Source of the DNA: Minisyncoccia bacterium
GTDB taxonomy: Bacteria > Patescibacteriota > Minisyncoccia > Phycocordibacterales > JAKFXT01
Assembly (NCBI GenBank): GCA_041485465.1
Contig: JBGPJO010000001.1
Location: 29,017-93,016 of the forward strand
Length of the DNA stretch: 64,000 bases
Reading direction: 5' to 3'
Position 1 is the stretch's first letter. Every line of letters starts with the position of its first letter. The position numbers were made by a program, and so were the translations under genes. Shown one piece after another: positions 10,491 through 19,935 of the stretch. The notes under the pieces are model-generated. The model saw nothing but the letters and a program-made list of their open reading frames with translations, was not told where the DNA came from and searched no databases.

Positions 10491-11447
10491 CTACTTTCCC
10501 TTTTTCTTTTTTGCCGTTTTTGCTTTCTCTCTTATCTTTACCGGCTCGGGTTTCTTCTCGGAGAGAAGGGTGATGCCCTTTGTCACAATCGGCAGAATAT
10601 CCTCGTAAAAATTCAGGTTCAAAGTATCGGCAATTTTAAACCATTGCGCCGCATCGAGTCCGCCGGTTTTTTTGAGCTTTACTTCTTTAAACAGAGCACT
10701 TGCCAGAAAATAGTTAACCTGTTTTCTTATTTTCCCTTTTTCCGGATCAGAAGCGACATACTCGTTACTACCAAGCTTTTCTTCGGGAATGATAGCGATT
10801 CCTATCTCTTCGCGAATGACTCGCTTAACACCATCTTCAAGAGATTCTGTCTCGATTATATGTCCTTTTGAAAGAGTCCAATGGCCAAAAATATCATGGA
10901 CGAGTGCGAGGTAAATTTCCCCTTCGTGGTGGGCATAAATCACCGCGCCGGCGAGTTTTTCGACCGGCATTTTCTCGAAGGGAACATTCGCGATTTTCTT
11001 CCGCTTCGAAACCTCATCCTTCCCCGGCTCTCCGAGTTCTTTATAGACGGCGCCGAGAACGCCGTTCACGAATTTACCGCTATTTTCGCCGCCGTAGGCT
11101 TTGGCAAGTTCTATTGCCTCGTTAATGGCAACTTTTGCGGGAACCTCGGAACGATTGGCAAATAAAAGTTCGTACAAGCCGATCCTGAGAATATTCCGGT
11201 CAACGGTTGAAATTTTATCGATCGGCCAGTCCGGCGCCGCTTTTTCTATGACAAGGTCAAGATCTTTACGTTTGGCGAGAAGACCTCGGCTTAAAGAATC
11301 CATAAAAGGAAAATCGCTTGCACCAGAGCTGAATTCTTTGGCGTTTCGCTCAATAATCGCGGGTATCGCCGGTTCGGGTAGTTTCATAAAGTCCCACTCA
11401 AAAAGGGATTGGAGAACAATAGATCTTGAAATGTGCCGATTCGCCAT
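10491..11447 (-). CDS. nusB: NusB antitermination factor fused to a C-terminal Nudix hydrolase domain
   Basis: NusB motifs DRNILRIGLYEL, VAINEAIELAK, FVNGVLG, followed by AGAVIY...WTLSKGHIIETESLEDGVKRVIREEIG (Nudix-box-like). Confidence 0.9.
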   Translation of the reverse strand: MANRHISRSIVLQSLFEWDFMKLPEPAIPAIIERNAKEFSSGASDFPFMDSLSRGLLAKRKDLDLVIEKAAPDWPIDKISTVDRNILRIGLYELLFANRSEVPAKVAINEAIELAKAYGGENSGKFVNGVLGAVYKELGEPGKDEVSKRKKIANVPFEKMPVEKLAGAVIYAHHEGEIYLALVHDIFGHWTLSKGHIIETESLEDGVKRVIREEIGIAIIPEEKLGSNEYVASDPEKGKIRKQVNYFLASALFKEVKLKKTGGLDAAQWFKIADTLNLNFYEDILPIVTKGITLLSEKKPEPVKIREKAKTAKKKKGK

Positions 11448-11534
11448 ATTGCTTTGTAAGTGAACATGCCGTTTTCGGGAGGCACCCGGGCCGGAATTTC
11501 CGGCTAATCCGCATCAGATCTCCCCTTCAAGGAT

Positions 11535-11783
11535 TTAGGATTCCTTGGCGCGAGAGGTGGTTTCCGTAGCGGCTTTCTTTTTTATCTTAGCATTCTTTTT
11601 GGCAATTTTTGCCGCAACGTCCACAACCATTCTGCCGTTGTACTTGCCACAGGAAGGACAGGCATGATGCGGAAGCCGGAGTGCCCCGCAATCGGGACAC
11701 TTTGAAAAACGCCCTCCTGTGAGCGCGTGGTGACTTCGGCGATTCGCCGTGTGCGCCCGCGTATGTCGCATTCGTACAACCAT
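11535..11783 (-). CDS. rpmF: 50S ribosomal protein L32
   Basis: RRSHHAL...CPDCG...HHACPSCGKYNGR zinc-ribbon L32. Confidence 0.95.
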   Translation of the reverse strand: MVVRMRHTRAHTANRRSHHALTGGRFSKCPDCGALRLPHHACPSCGKYNGRMVVDVAAKIAKKNAKIKKKAATETTSRAKES

Positions 11784-11822
11784 AGTGGCTAAACCTTAAC
11801 AGAAAGTCCTAATTCGGGCAAG

Positions 11823-11850
11823 AAAAAGCACTCCTACCTGGAGCGCTTTT
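11823..11850 (-). terminator. Probable intrinsic terminator after orphan gene
   Basis: AAAAAGCACTCC-TACCT-GGAGCGCTTTT hairpin with A/T tracts. Confidence 0.55.
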
Positions 11851-11859
11851 GTTCCATGT

Positions 11860-12210
11860 TTATTCAGGCAAGGGATTATCGATCACGACGAGATTTTCAT
11901 AATCATCGAGAGAGATACAACAACAAACCTCTTTTCTCTTGACCATCCTGTCGAGAGTCTTTTCGGCTGCCGACTGAGGACCCGTAAAACCGATTTTTTC
12001 TATCCGGCGAGTCCTGCGGTTAGCAACCACAAAAGGCAAATTGAACGGGTAATCGAGTTTTTGTCGACCACCGCACCATTTTGTTTTTGCGATCAGTGAG
12101 TCAAGGTACGCTTGATCAAGATCGACGGTTCCTCCCAGAGAGAGGGCGTTTAAATTTAACTCGGCAGGTTTAGCGCCTGATGCTTCTGCCGTCGTCTCAT
12201 TTCCCTTCAT
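11860..12210 (-). CDS. Hypothetical protein
   Basis: 116-aa ORF filling the rpmF-rnhB gap, purine-rich GGGGGAAG upstream, followed by a hairpin. Confidence 0.6.
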   Translation of the reverse strand: MKGNETTAEASGAKPAELNLNALSLGGTVDLDQAYLDSLIAKTKWCGGRQKLDYPFNLPFVVANRRTRRIEKIGFTGPQSAAEKTLDRMVKRKEVCCCISLDDYENLVVIDNPLPE

Positions 12211-12287
12211 TCTTACTTCCCCCTAACATCACTGTTTGAGTTCAAGAAAGATTTTTGTACAACCTTTCTTAACTTAGCACGAGATCT

Positions 12288-12902
12288 TTAAACATTCAAA
12301 TCCCCAAGAAAATTCCCAAGAAAACTTTTACGATGGATGTCGGAGAGACCGTGCTTTCTTATTTTCTGAATGTGTTTCTTTGTTCCGTATCCTTTATGTA
12401 TTTCGAAATCATAATTTGGAAATTCTTTGGCTTTACGCTTCATATGTCCGTCTCTTTTGACTTTGGCCACGATTGAAGCGAGGGCGATTATTTTTTCTTT
12501 TTCGTCCCCACGAATAATCGTTTTTTGGTTTTTAAACCTATCCGGCGCATACAAACTACCGTCAAGAAGAAGAAAGGAGCGTCTCGGCTCTATTTTTAAC
12601 TTTTGAAGAGAACGGGTGAGCGCGATTGTAATTGCTTTCACGATTCCTTTCTTGTCTATCGTTCGACTGCCGACAAGGGAGGCGGAATAAAGAATCGCTT
12701 CCGAAGGGTGATTTCTGATTTTTTTAATCCAGGCTTCGCGAACTTTCTCAGAAATCTTTTTTGAATCTTTGACATCTTTGAACTCACGAAGGATTGAACG
12801 ATAAAGGATTTTCGGAATGGCGATTGCCGCAACCGAAACGGGGCCCGCAAGCGGACCGCGGCCGGCCTCGTCAATTCCAATAATGAATTTTTGTCCTCTC
12901 AT
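12288..12902 (-). CDS. rnhB: Ribonuclease HII
   Basis: IIGIDEAGRGPLAGPV, DSKK, IALASIVAKV, HKGYGT; start at MRGQK (ATG 12902). Confidence 0.97.
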   Translation of the reverse strand: MRGQKFIIGIDEAGRGPLAGPVSVAAIAIPKILYRSILREFKDVKDSKKISEKVREAWIKKIRNHPSEAILYSASLVGSRTIDKKGIVKAITIALTRSLQKLKIEPRRSFLLLDGSLYAPDRFKNQKTIIRGDEKEKIIALASIVAKVKRDGHMKRKAKEFPNYDFEIHKGYGTKKHIQKIRKHGLSDIHRKSFLGNFLGDLNV

Positions 12903-12936
12903 TACAGCTCGTATTGTAACAGGATATACTATGGGC

Positions 12937-15900
12937 ATGAGACCGTTCATCCATCTCCACACCCACAGCCATTACAGCCTGCTTTCGGCTCTGCCGAAAA
13001 TTCCCGACCTGGTCAAAGCCGCGAAGGACGAGGGCATGGAAGCACTTGCTCTTACGGACGCAGGAAATCTCTACGGGGCAATTGAATTTTATAAAGAATG
13101 TAAGACACAAGGAATAAAACCCGTTATTGGCGTTGATTTTTATCTCGCCCTAAGGAGTAGACTTGATAAGCAGGCAAACGTAGATAACCGGCGTTACCGC
13201 CTCGTACTTCTTGCAAAAGATATTGTCGGCTATAAAAACCTCATTAAACTCGTTACCGCCTCGTATCTTGAAGGCTTCTATTACAAGCCGCGCATAGATA
13301 AAGAGCTCCTTGAAAAGCATTCTGAAGGACTTATCGCGATACTTCCCTCTTTTTCTGGTGATGTCGCTTTCGCTCTTCGCATGGGAGATGCCGAGAAAGC
13401 AAAGGGTTTTCTTGGTGAATATAAAAAACTTTTTAAAAATGATCTCTATATCGAGATTACACATCACCCTGAAATCGAAGGGCATGAAAATTTAATGCGC
13501 CAGCTTGAAAAACTCTCGAGTGAAAGCGGAGTGCCCTTGGTTGGGGGACACGATGTTTATTACCTTTCTCCCGAGGATAAGAAGGCGCGCGAAACGCTTC
13601 TCTCCATCCAAAACAATGCCGATTTTGAAAAGAGCGGTTTTGAGAGCGACCAAAGTGATTTTTCTTTTATCAGTGTTGAACAGGCGAATGCATATTTCAA
13701 AGAAAACAAAGAGGCGCTTGATAATACAAAAAAAATTGCCGACCGGTGTAATCTTGAGCTTACGTTAGGCGAGTGGGTATTTCCGGACCTTAAACTTGAG
13801 AAAAGCGCCGACCTCACCCTGCTTGATCTTGTGCGCGCCGGCCTGAAGTCCCGCAATGTAAAAGAAACCCCTGAAATCAAAGAACGTATAGACTATGAAC
13901 TCACCATCATAAAAAATAAGGGCTATGCACGATACTTTCTCGTCGTCTCCGATCTTCTCCTTCACGCCAGAGAAAAGGGCATTCTCACAACAACCCGCGG
14001 CTCGGCTGCCGGTTCTCTCGTTTCCTACTTGTGCTACATCACAACAGTTGATCCAATTGAATTCAAACTGCCCTTTGAGCGTTTCCTCAATCCGGAACGC
14101 CCTAAGGCACCGGACATCGACATGGACATCGCCGACAACCGTCGGGATGAAATGATCGAGTATACGAAGAAAAAGTACGGGGAGGATCGCGTCGCTCAAA
14201 TCGGAACGTTTGGCACGATGATGGCGCGCGGCGCCGTGCGCGATGTAGCGAGAGCCTTGGGTTTTCCCTACGATACCGGGGACAAAATCTCAAAACTGAT
14301 TCCTGTTGGCTCCCAGGGTTTCCCCATGTCGATTGATCGGGCGCTCCAGATTACTCCGGAACTCCAAGAGATGTATAAAAAAGAAAAGGACGTCAAGGAA
14401 ATCATTGATAGGGCGAAAAAGATCGAGGGGTGCGCACGCCACATCTCGGTCCATGCCGCAGGAGTGGTAATTGCCCCTTCCCCGCTATCAGATTGGACGC
14501 CGCTCCAACTTGATCCAAAGGGCGGCAAACTGATTACCCAGTACGACATGTATGCAATCACGGATGAATATGGCGGCGTCGGACTTCTCAAATTCGACTT
14601 TCTTGGCATACGGAATCTTGCAATTCTTGCCGACGCGGTTCGCCTTGTTAAGAAACTGCGTAACATTGCTATAGACATAGAAAACATTCCGCTTGATAAC
14701 AAAAAAACATTCGAGATGCTCGCCAAGGGCGAGACTGCGGGTCTTTTTCAACTGAATGGTTCCGGCATGACCCACCACCTCAAAGAGCTAAAGCCAACAA
14801 CGATCTACGATATAAATGCCATGGTGGCTCTCTACCGTCCCGGGCCGATGGAATCGATTCCGCACTATATCGAACGCAAGCATGATGCCTCAAAAATTGA
14901 ATTCATTGATCCGCGCCTTAAAGAGATCCTTGGTCAATCCTACGGCGTCGTTACTTACCAGGATGACGTCCTTCTTATCGCCGTTAAACTTGCGGGCTAC
15001 TCCTGGCTTGAGACGGACGCGCTACGGAAAGCGATGGGTAAAAAAATCCCCGTTGAAATGGAGGCTCAGAAAGAAAAACTAATTAAGGGTTTTATCAATT
15101 ACGGTAAGATTTCTCCGGCAAAGGCGGATGTTCTCTGGCGCCTGATCGAACCCTTTGCCTCATATGGTTTCAATAAGGCGCACGCCGCAAGTTACGGCAA
15201 AGTCGCCTACCAGACCGCGTACATGAAAGCGAATTTCCCCGGCGAATACATGACAGCGATTTTGACCGCGGAAGCCGGCGACCTCGACAAAGTCTCAGAA
15301 ATCATCGCTGAATGTAAACGGATGGGCATTGCTGTTTTGCCCCCTGATATTAATGAAAGCTTTAAAGATTTTACTCTGGTGCGGGAAAATCCTGATAATT
15401 ATGCCAGCGACACGATTCGTTTCGGCCTCGGTAGTATAAAAAATTTCGGCGAGGGCGTTGCGGAGTCAATTATCACGGAGCGTAAGGCAGCCGGAAAATT
15501 TTCTTCTCTTGGCAATTTTATTGAACGTATTAGAGACCGTAATCTTAATAAAAAATCTCTTGAAGCACTCATTTTTTCTGGTGCCCTTGATGCCTCGGGC
15601 GAGCGCGGAGAAATGGCGGCAAACATTGAGGACCTGCTTTCCTACAACAAAGAATCCCTCAAACTTTCCGACCAAACCTCGCTTTTTGGAGTGAGCTCAA
15701 AAACAAACGAACTTACTTTAAGACCCGCCGATCCAATGCCAAAAGAAGAGAGGTTGAAATGGGAAAAAGAGCTTCTCGGTCTTTATGTTTCCGGGCATCC
15801 GCTTGATAAATTCAAGAAAAAGCTCGAAGGTAAGACGATGACTATAAGCAAAATAAAAAACGAACTTCAGTCCGGTATGCTTGCCGTTGCTTCTGGATTG

Positions 15901-16119
15901 ATTGAAGAGATAAAACCGATTTTAACCAAAAAAGGCGACCGGATGCTCTTTGTCAGACTTGCGGATTTCACTGGCTCAATCGAGATTGTTGTTTTCCCGC
16001 GAGTATACGAGGGCGCGAAAAGTTTTCTTAATCAAGAGCAGTGCGTCGCGATCAAAGGTCAGATTACCAACCGCGATGGTACACTCGGAATGGTGGCGGA
16101 GGCGGTCAAAGCTTTGTAA
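12937..16119 (+). CDS. dnaE: DNA polymerase III alpha subunit
   Basis: PHP domain HLHTHSHYSLL, RGSAAGSLV, PDIDMD, GFNKAHA, C-terminal OB fold; start at MRPFIH (12931 is an alternative). Confidence 0.98.
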   Translation: MRPFIHLHTHSHYSLLSALPKIPDLVKAAKDEGMEALALTDAGNLYGAIEFYKECKTQGIKPVIGVDFYLALRSRLDKQANVDNRRYRLVLLAKDIVGYKNLIKLVTASYLEGFYYKPRIDKELLEKHSEGLIAILPSFSGDVAFALRMGDAEKAKGFLGEYKKLFKNDLYIEITHHPEIEGHENLMRQLEKLSSESGVPLVGGHDVYYLSPEDKKARETLLSIQNNADFEKSGFESDQSDFSFISVEQANAYFKENKEALDNTKKIADRCNLELTLGEWVFPDLKLEKSADLTLLDLVRAGLKSRNVKETPEIKERIDYELTIIKNKGYARYFLVVSDLLLHAREKGILTTTRGSAAGSLVSYLCYITTVDPIEFKLPFERFLNPERPKAPDIDMDIADNRRDEMIEYTKKKYGEDRVAQIGTFGTMMARGAVRDVARALGFPYDTGDKISKLIPVGSQGFPMSIDRALQITPELQEMYKKEKDVKEIIDRAKKIEGCARHISVHAAGVVIAPSPLSDWTPLQLDPKGGKLITQYDMYAITDEYGGVGLLKFDFLGIRNLAILADAVRLVKKLRNIAIDIENIPLDNKKTFEMLAKGETAGLFQLNGSGMTHHLKELKPTTIYDINAMVALYRPGPMESIPHYIERKHDASKIEFIDPRLKEILGQSYGVVTYQDDVLLIAVKLAGYSWLETDALRKAMGKKIPVEMEAQKEKLIKGFINYGKISPAKADVLWRLIEPFASYGFNKAHAASYGKVAYQTAYMKANFPGEYMTAILTAEAGDLDKVSEIIAECKRMGIAVLPPDINESFKDFTLVRENPDNYASDTIRFGLGSIKNFGEGVAESIITERKAAGKFSSLGNFIERIRDRNLNKKSLEALIFSGALDASGERGEMAANIEDLLSYNKESLKLSDQTSLFGVSSKTNELTLRPADPMPKEERLKWEKELLGLYVSGHPLDKFKKKLEGKTMTISKIKNELQSGMLAVASGLIEEIKPILTKKGDRMLFVRLADFTGSIEIVVFPRVYEGAKSFLNQEQCVAIKGQITNRDGTLGMVAEAVKAL

Positions 16120-16159
16120 ATTCTTTTTTTATAATTTTTTTTAAGTTATCATAAGCGTT

Positions 16160-17404
16160 ATGTCATCTGATGAGGCTTCAAAAGATAATGACCATAAAAA
16201 ACTAGGGCGGGAACTTGATTTGTTTGCCTTTTCGAGTGACGTCGGTAAAGGTCTCCCCCTATGGACTCCGAAAGGCTCTATTGTCAGGCGCGAGCTTGAG
16301 CGATTTATAGTCGACGAGGAATTAAAGCGTGGTTACAGTCATGTGTATACGCCCTCAATCGCCAAACTAGATCTCTACAAGAAATCCGGTCACTACCCTC
16401 ACTTTAAGGAGTCAATGTACGCGCCAATAGAAATTGACGGCGAAGAATTTATGCTTCGTCCCATGACCTGCCCACATCATTTTGAACTCTATCTTCGACA
16501 TCCGGTGAGCTATCGGGAGCTCCCGATGCGAATCGCCGAACTCGCCCAGCTTTATCGCTATGAGCAATCGGGAGAGCTCATGGGATTACAGCGCGTGCGG
16601 ACATTCTGCCTTGCGGATGCTCATATTATTTGCGCCGATGAAGAACAGGCTATGGATGAGATTAACTCCTGCCTTGACCTCATTGAATATATTACCGGCA
16701 TCTTTGGACTTACCTACGGAAAAGAATACCAGTACCGCCTCTCGCTTGGCGATCGAAAAAATGCCGAAAAATACTATAAAAATGACGAGGCATGGGAAAA
16801 AGGGGAGGCACTTCTTCGGGATCTCCTTAAAAAGCGGGGAAATAAATTTTATGAAGGTGAAGATGAAGCTGCTTTTTACGGCCCGAAAATCGATATACAA
16901 ATGAAAAACGTCAACGGCAAAGAAGATACCGCCTTCACCGTTCAGTATGATTTCTGTATGCCCGATCGCTTTGATTTAAGTTATATAGCAAAAGATGGCA
17001 GTAAAAAGAGAGCGTTCGTCGTCCATCGCTCCTCAATCGGTGCGATAGAGCGAAGTGTCGCTTTTTTGATTGAGCATTATGGCGGAGCTTTCCCCCTCTG
17101 GCTCTCACCCGTGCAAGTTAAAATTCTCGCGATCAGCGAAGCCCACCATAAATACGCCGGTGAAATTTATGAAAAATTAAAAGACAACGGCATTAGGGTA
17201 GGACTTGATATTGAAAACGAAAGTCTTGGTAAAAAGATTCGTTCGGCAAAACTCGAGAAGATCCCGTATCTTCTGGTGGTTGGAGACAAGGAAGTTGAAT
17301 CAAAAACAGCTTCGGTTGAGAGTCGGGATAAAGGTGCTCTTGGAGCAATGGCTCTTTCTGATTTTCTTGATCAGATAAAATCAGAAGTCAAAAATCACAG
17401 ATAA
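16160..17404 (+). CDS. thrS: Threonine--tRNA ligase lacking the N-terminal editing domains
   Basis: Begins at DHKKLGRELDLF; LRPMTCPHH, RYEQSG, AAFYGPKID, anticodon-binding C-terminus; only 414 aa. Confidence 0.96.
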   Translation: MSSDEASKDNDHKKLGRELDLFAFSSDVGKGLPLWTPKGSIVRRELERFIVDEELKRGYSHVYTPSIAKLDLYKKSGHYPHFKESMYAPIEIDGEEFMLRPMTCPHHFELYLRHPVSYRELPMRIAELAQLYRYEQSGELMGLQRVRTFCLADAHIICADEEQAMDEINSCLDLIEYITGIFGLTYGKEYQYRLSLGDRKNAEKYYKNDEAWEKGEALLRDLLKKRGNKFYEGEDEAAFYGPKIDIQMKNVNGKEDTAFTVQYDFCMPDRFDLSYIAKDGSKKRAFVVHRSSIGAIERSVAFLIEHYGGAFPLWLSPVQVKILAISEAHHKYAGEIYEKLKDNGIRVGLDIENESLGKKIRSAKLEKIPYLLVVGDKEVESKTASVESRDKGALGAMALSDFLDQIKSEVKNHR

Positions 17405-17429
17405 AAATTCCAGCAATAAGCCCGAATTT

Positions 17430-19904
17430 TTATACCATCTCGTTTATTTTCAAAGAATAAGAATCTCTCAGAGATTCTTTCTCTACAAGATCGAGTGTTT
17501 TTGAAAAAGCGAGTTTTGCCGCCATGTGACTTGAAGAATAGCTTTCATCAAATGCCCCAACTAAAATCCCTATCACCTTTTCAAGCATCTCGTTTCTCCA
17601 GCTAGAGACGGCAGTGACTGCGTAATCATCGGCTCCTGGTTCACGCTCGATGCGAAAGCGATAGACTCGGTCAAGCTCGAACGCAACCGCTTTCACAAAA
17701 TCAGAAACGGCATGTCCCTGATGATTGAGTATCCGGAGGAAATTGAATATTTTTTTATGATCATTGTCAGCAATCCAGCGGATAAAAAGCGGCACCAGAG
17801 AAACGTAGGTTGAGAAAAGAATGGCCCGCGCCTTTTTACCATCAAGCAGAAGATAATTCCCTTCCAAGGTTGGGTACCATTCTTTAGCAAGCGTAATTAT
17901 CTGATTAAGTATCTTGTTTACATTTTGAGGGTTCCCTTCGGAAGCGGCTAGAACGATTTCAATTGCATCTTCCACAATAAGAGCCCCCTCTGCCCGCGCC
18001 ATGTCCTCAAGATTTTCTTTCACCTCTTCAGTTGAAGCCGCGTCCTTTAAAATTGGTAATTTTACATCTTCTAAAATGGGTTCCGTGACTTCGTTTTCAG
18101 CCCTATCCGCAGCTTCAGAAAAAGAAACCTGCCCAAAAGAGGAGTGTGTTTCATTGGTTTTTATTTTAGGAATTCTTTTTGTTATGAGAGTAAAAGAAAA
18201 TAGACGCCGATAGATCTGAAGATACGCAAGTCCAACTGAAAAAACCATGAGCATCAAGAGAAAGAGAAGCGTCTTAAAAACATCCCCTACTCCTGTGTAT
18301 GGTACTTGACTCAAGTAAATGGCCGCAAAAGCCGCAAGGGGGCTCGTTGTCGCGCGTGTCAAAACAACGGTCGGAGCGAAAGGTCCCCCGCCGCCACCCC
18401 CGCCGCCGCCACAATTAATTACACAACCACCTCCGCCTCCGCCTCCGCCGCCACCCTCCGTAACACTAATGGCCAGGTTCTTTTGATCAAAGCCGCACTG
18501 ATTAGCCGCCTTAATGGTTATGGTAAAACTACCGGTCGTTGTCGGCGTGCCGGAGAGTAGATTCGTTGAAGTTGAAAATGTGAGCCACGAGGGCAGATTC
18601 GTCACATCAAGCGTGTCGAGAGTACCTGAGGTGGTAAGGGTATACGAGAACGGCTGATTAACCACAACAGAGGCGAAGAGGCCGCTTGTGATTTGAGGCA
18701 CCGGGGCTGCTGAACAGCCTCCGCCACCACCCCCTTCCGTAATCGTTATGACAAGAGTTTTTTGATCAAAGCCGCAACTGTTTGACGCATTGAGCGTGAT
18801 AGTGAATGTGCCGGTCGTTGTAGGTGTTCCGGAAATAATCAGAGTTGAAGTCGAAAATGTGAGCCACGGAGGAAGGTTGGTTGCCAAAAACGTACTGACC
18901 GTCCCCGTTGCCGTCATTGTGTAACTGAAAGGAACTCCAACGGTACCGGATGCTGAAAGAGGGCCTGTAATCGAAGGCGCGGGTATTTGACACTGTCCTG
19001 CGGTAATAATTATGACAAGAGGAGCTGCTCCCGAACCACATTGATTTTGGGCGCTAATCGTTACCGTCGATGTTCCTACCGAAGTTGGTATTCCGGAAAT
19101 CACTCCCGTTGAAGTGGCGAGATGTAAACCGGGTGGCAAATTAAGTACCCCAAAAGAAGCCGCTGTATTGCTTGAAGTAATGCTATAGCTAAACGGCTGA
19201 CCAACAACTCCTTCGGCAAGAGAAGCACTGGTGATAATCGGCGCTCCGGGAATACATATAGCTCCCTTTACCGCGATGACAATCGTCATGTGGCAATGGC
19301 CACAACCATTTTGAGAAGTTAAAGCAACAGTTGAAGTGCCCATTTCAATCGGAGTTCCGGAAATGACGAGACCTGATAGATTGAGTCCTTGAGGAAGGCC
19401 GCTTGCGTTAACCGTGACCGAGTTAGTGCTGGTCGCAAGTTCTATAGTATAGCTGAAGGGCACTCCGATCGTTGCTTCAAGAGAAACATTTGTAAATTTA
19501 AAAATCGGCAAAACGCATTGACTGCTACTTGAACTTGAGGAACTGCTGGAACTGCTACTTGAACTCGAACCTTCATTTGAGCTCAAAGAAGAGTCCGAAG
19601 AATTACTACCACTTAAAGAAGAGCTCGAGTCCGAAGTTGAACTTGAAGGACTTGATGTGCTGCTATCGCCGGGAGCTGAAGCCACAGCGGTATCTGAAAC
19701 GCTTTCCGCGGACCCACTAGTAGCTGTAGAGGAAGACGATGCTATAGAAGATGTGGAAGCATCAGCCGCTTCCGCAATGACATGATAGAGGTTTGCCTCA
19801 AGATAACTATTGCCGGTAAACAAAAAAATCCCAAACAAAAGAGCCGAAAGACCGATCGCCGGTTTTAAATATTTTTTAGATTTTTTATTTTTTTCTCTGT
19901 TCAT
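17430..19904 (-). CDS. Surface protein: N-terminal signal/TM, Ser-rich linker, four putative Ig (He_PIG-like) repeats, VPYTG motif + TM, cytoplasmic helical domain
   Basis: Four repeats of PFSYT...NLPxGL/WL...ISGTPT; IYLSQVPYTG then hydrophobic helix and RR; immediately downstream of a sortase gene. Confidence 0.85.
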   Translation of the reverse strand: MNREKNKKSKKYLKPAIGLSALLFGIFLFTGNSYLEANLYHVIAEAADASTSSIASSSSTATSGSAESVSDTAVASAPGDSSTSSPSSSTSDSSSSLSGSNSSDSSLSSNEGSSSSSSSSSSSSSSSSQCVLPIFKFTNVSLEATIGVPFSYTIELATSTNSVTVNASGLPQGLNLSGLVISGTPIEMGTSTVALTSQNGCGHCHMTIVIAVKGAICIPGAPIITSASLAEGVVGQPFSYSITSSNTAASFGVLNLPPGLHLATSTGVISGIPTSVGTSTVTISAQNQCGSGAAPLVIIITAGQCQIPAPSITGPLSASGTVGVPFSYTMTATGTVSTFLATNLPPWLTFSTSTLIISGTPTTTGTFTITLNASNSCGFDQKTLVITITEGGGGGGCSAAPVPQITSGLFASVVVNQPFSYTLTTSGTLDTLDVTNLPSWLTFSTSTNLLSGTPTTTGSFTITIKAANQCGFDQKNLAISVTEGGGGGGGGGGCVINCGGGGGGGGGPFAPTVVLTRATTSPLAAFAAIYLSQVPYTGVGDVFKTLLFLLMLMVFSVGLAYLQIYRRLFSFTLITKRIPKIKTNETHSSFGQVSFSEAADRAENEVTEPILEDVKLPILKDAASTEEVKENLEDMARAEGALIVEDAIEIVLAASEGNPQNVNKILNQIITLAKEWYPTLEGNYLLLDGKKARAILFSTYVSLVPLFIRWIADNDHKKIFNFLRILNHQGHAVSDFVKAVAFELDRVYRFRIEREPGADDYAVTAVSSWRNEMLEKVIGILVGAFDESYSSSHMAAKLAFSKTLDLVEKESLRDSYSLKINEMV

Positions 19905-19935
19905 AGATCTTTCGCTTTCTGATTTTTAGAAATGA

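Noticed and set aside
12817-12962. Apparent long overlap of dnaE and rnhB, and the long N-termini of trmD, rpsP, rpmE, fba, the ABC ATPase and the pseudouridine synthase in the ORF track
   Set aside because: Artefacts of taking the most upstream start. Homology and -10 boxes place the true starts downstream, with little or no overlap.
19525-19660. Ser-rich tract, and the Gly-codon tracts at 41.7-44.1 kb, as tandem-repeat or phase-variation loci
   Set aside because: Codons are mixed (AGT/TCA/AGC/TCC; GGA/GGC/GGT/GGG), so this is protein-level low complexity rather than a perfect DNA microsatellite.
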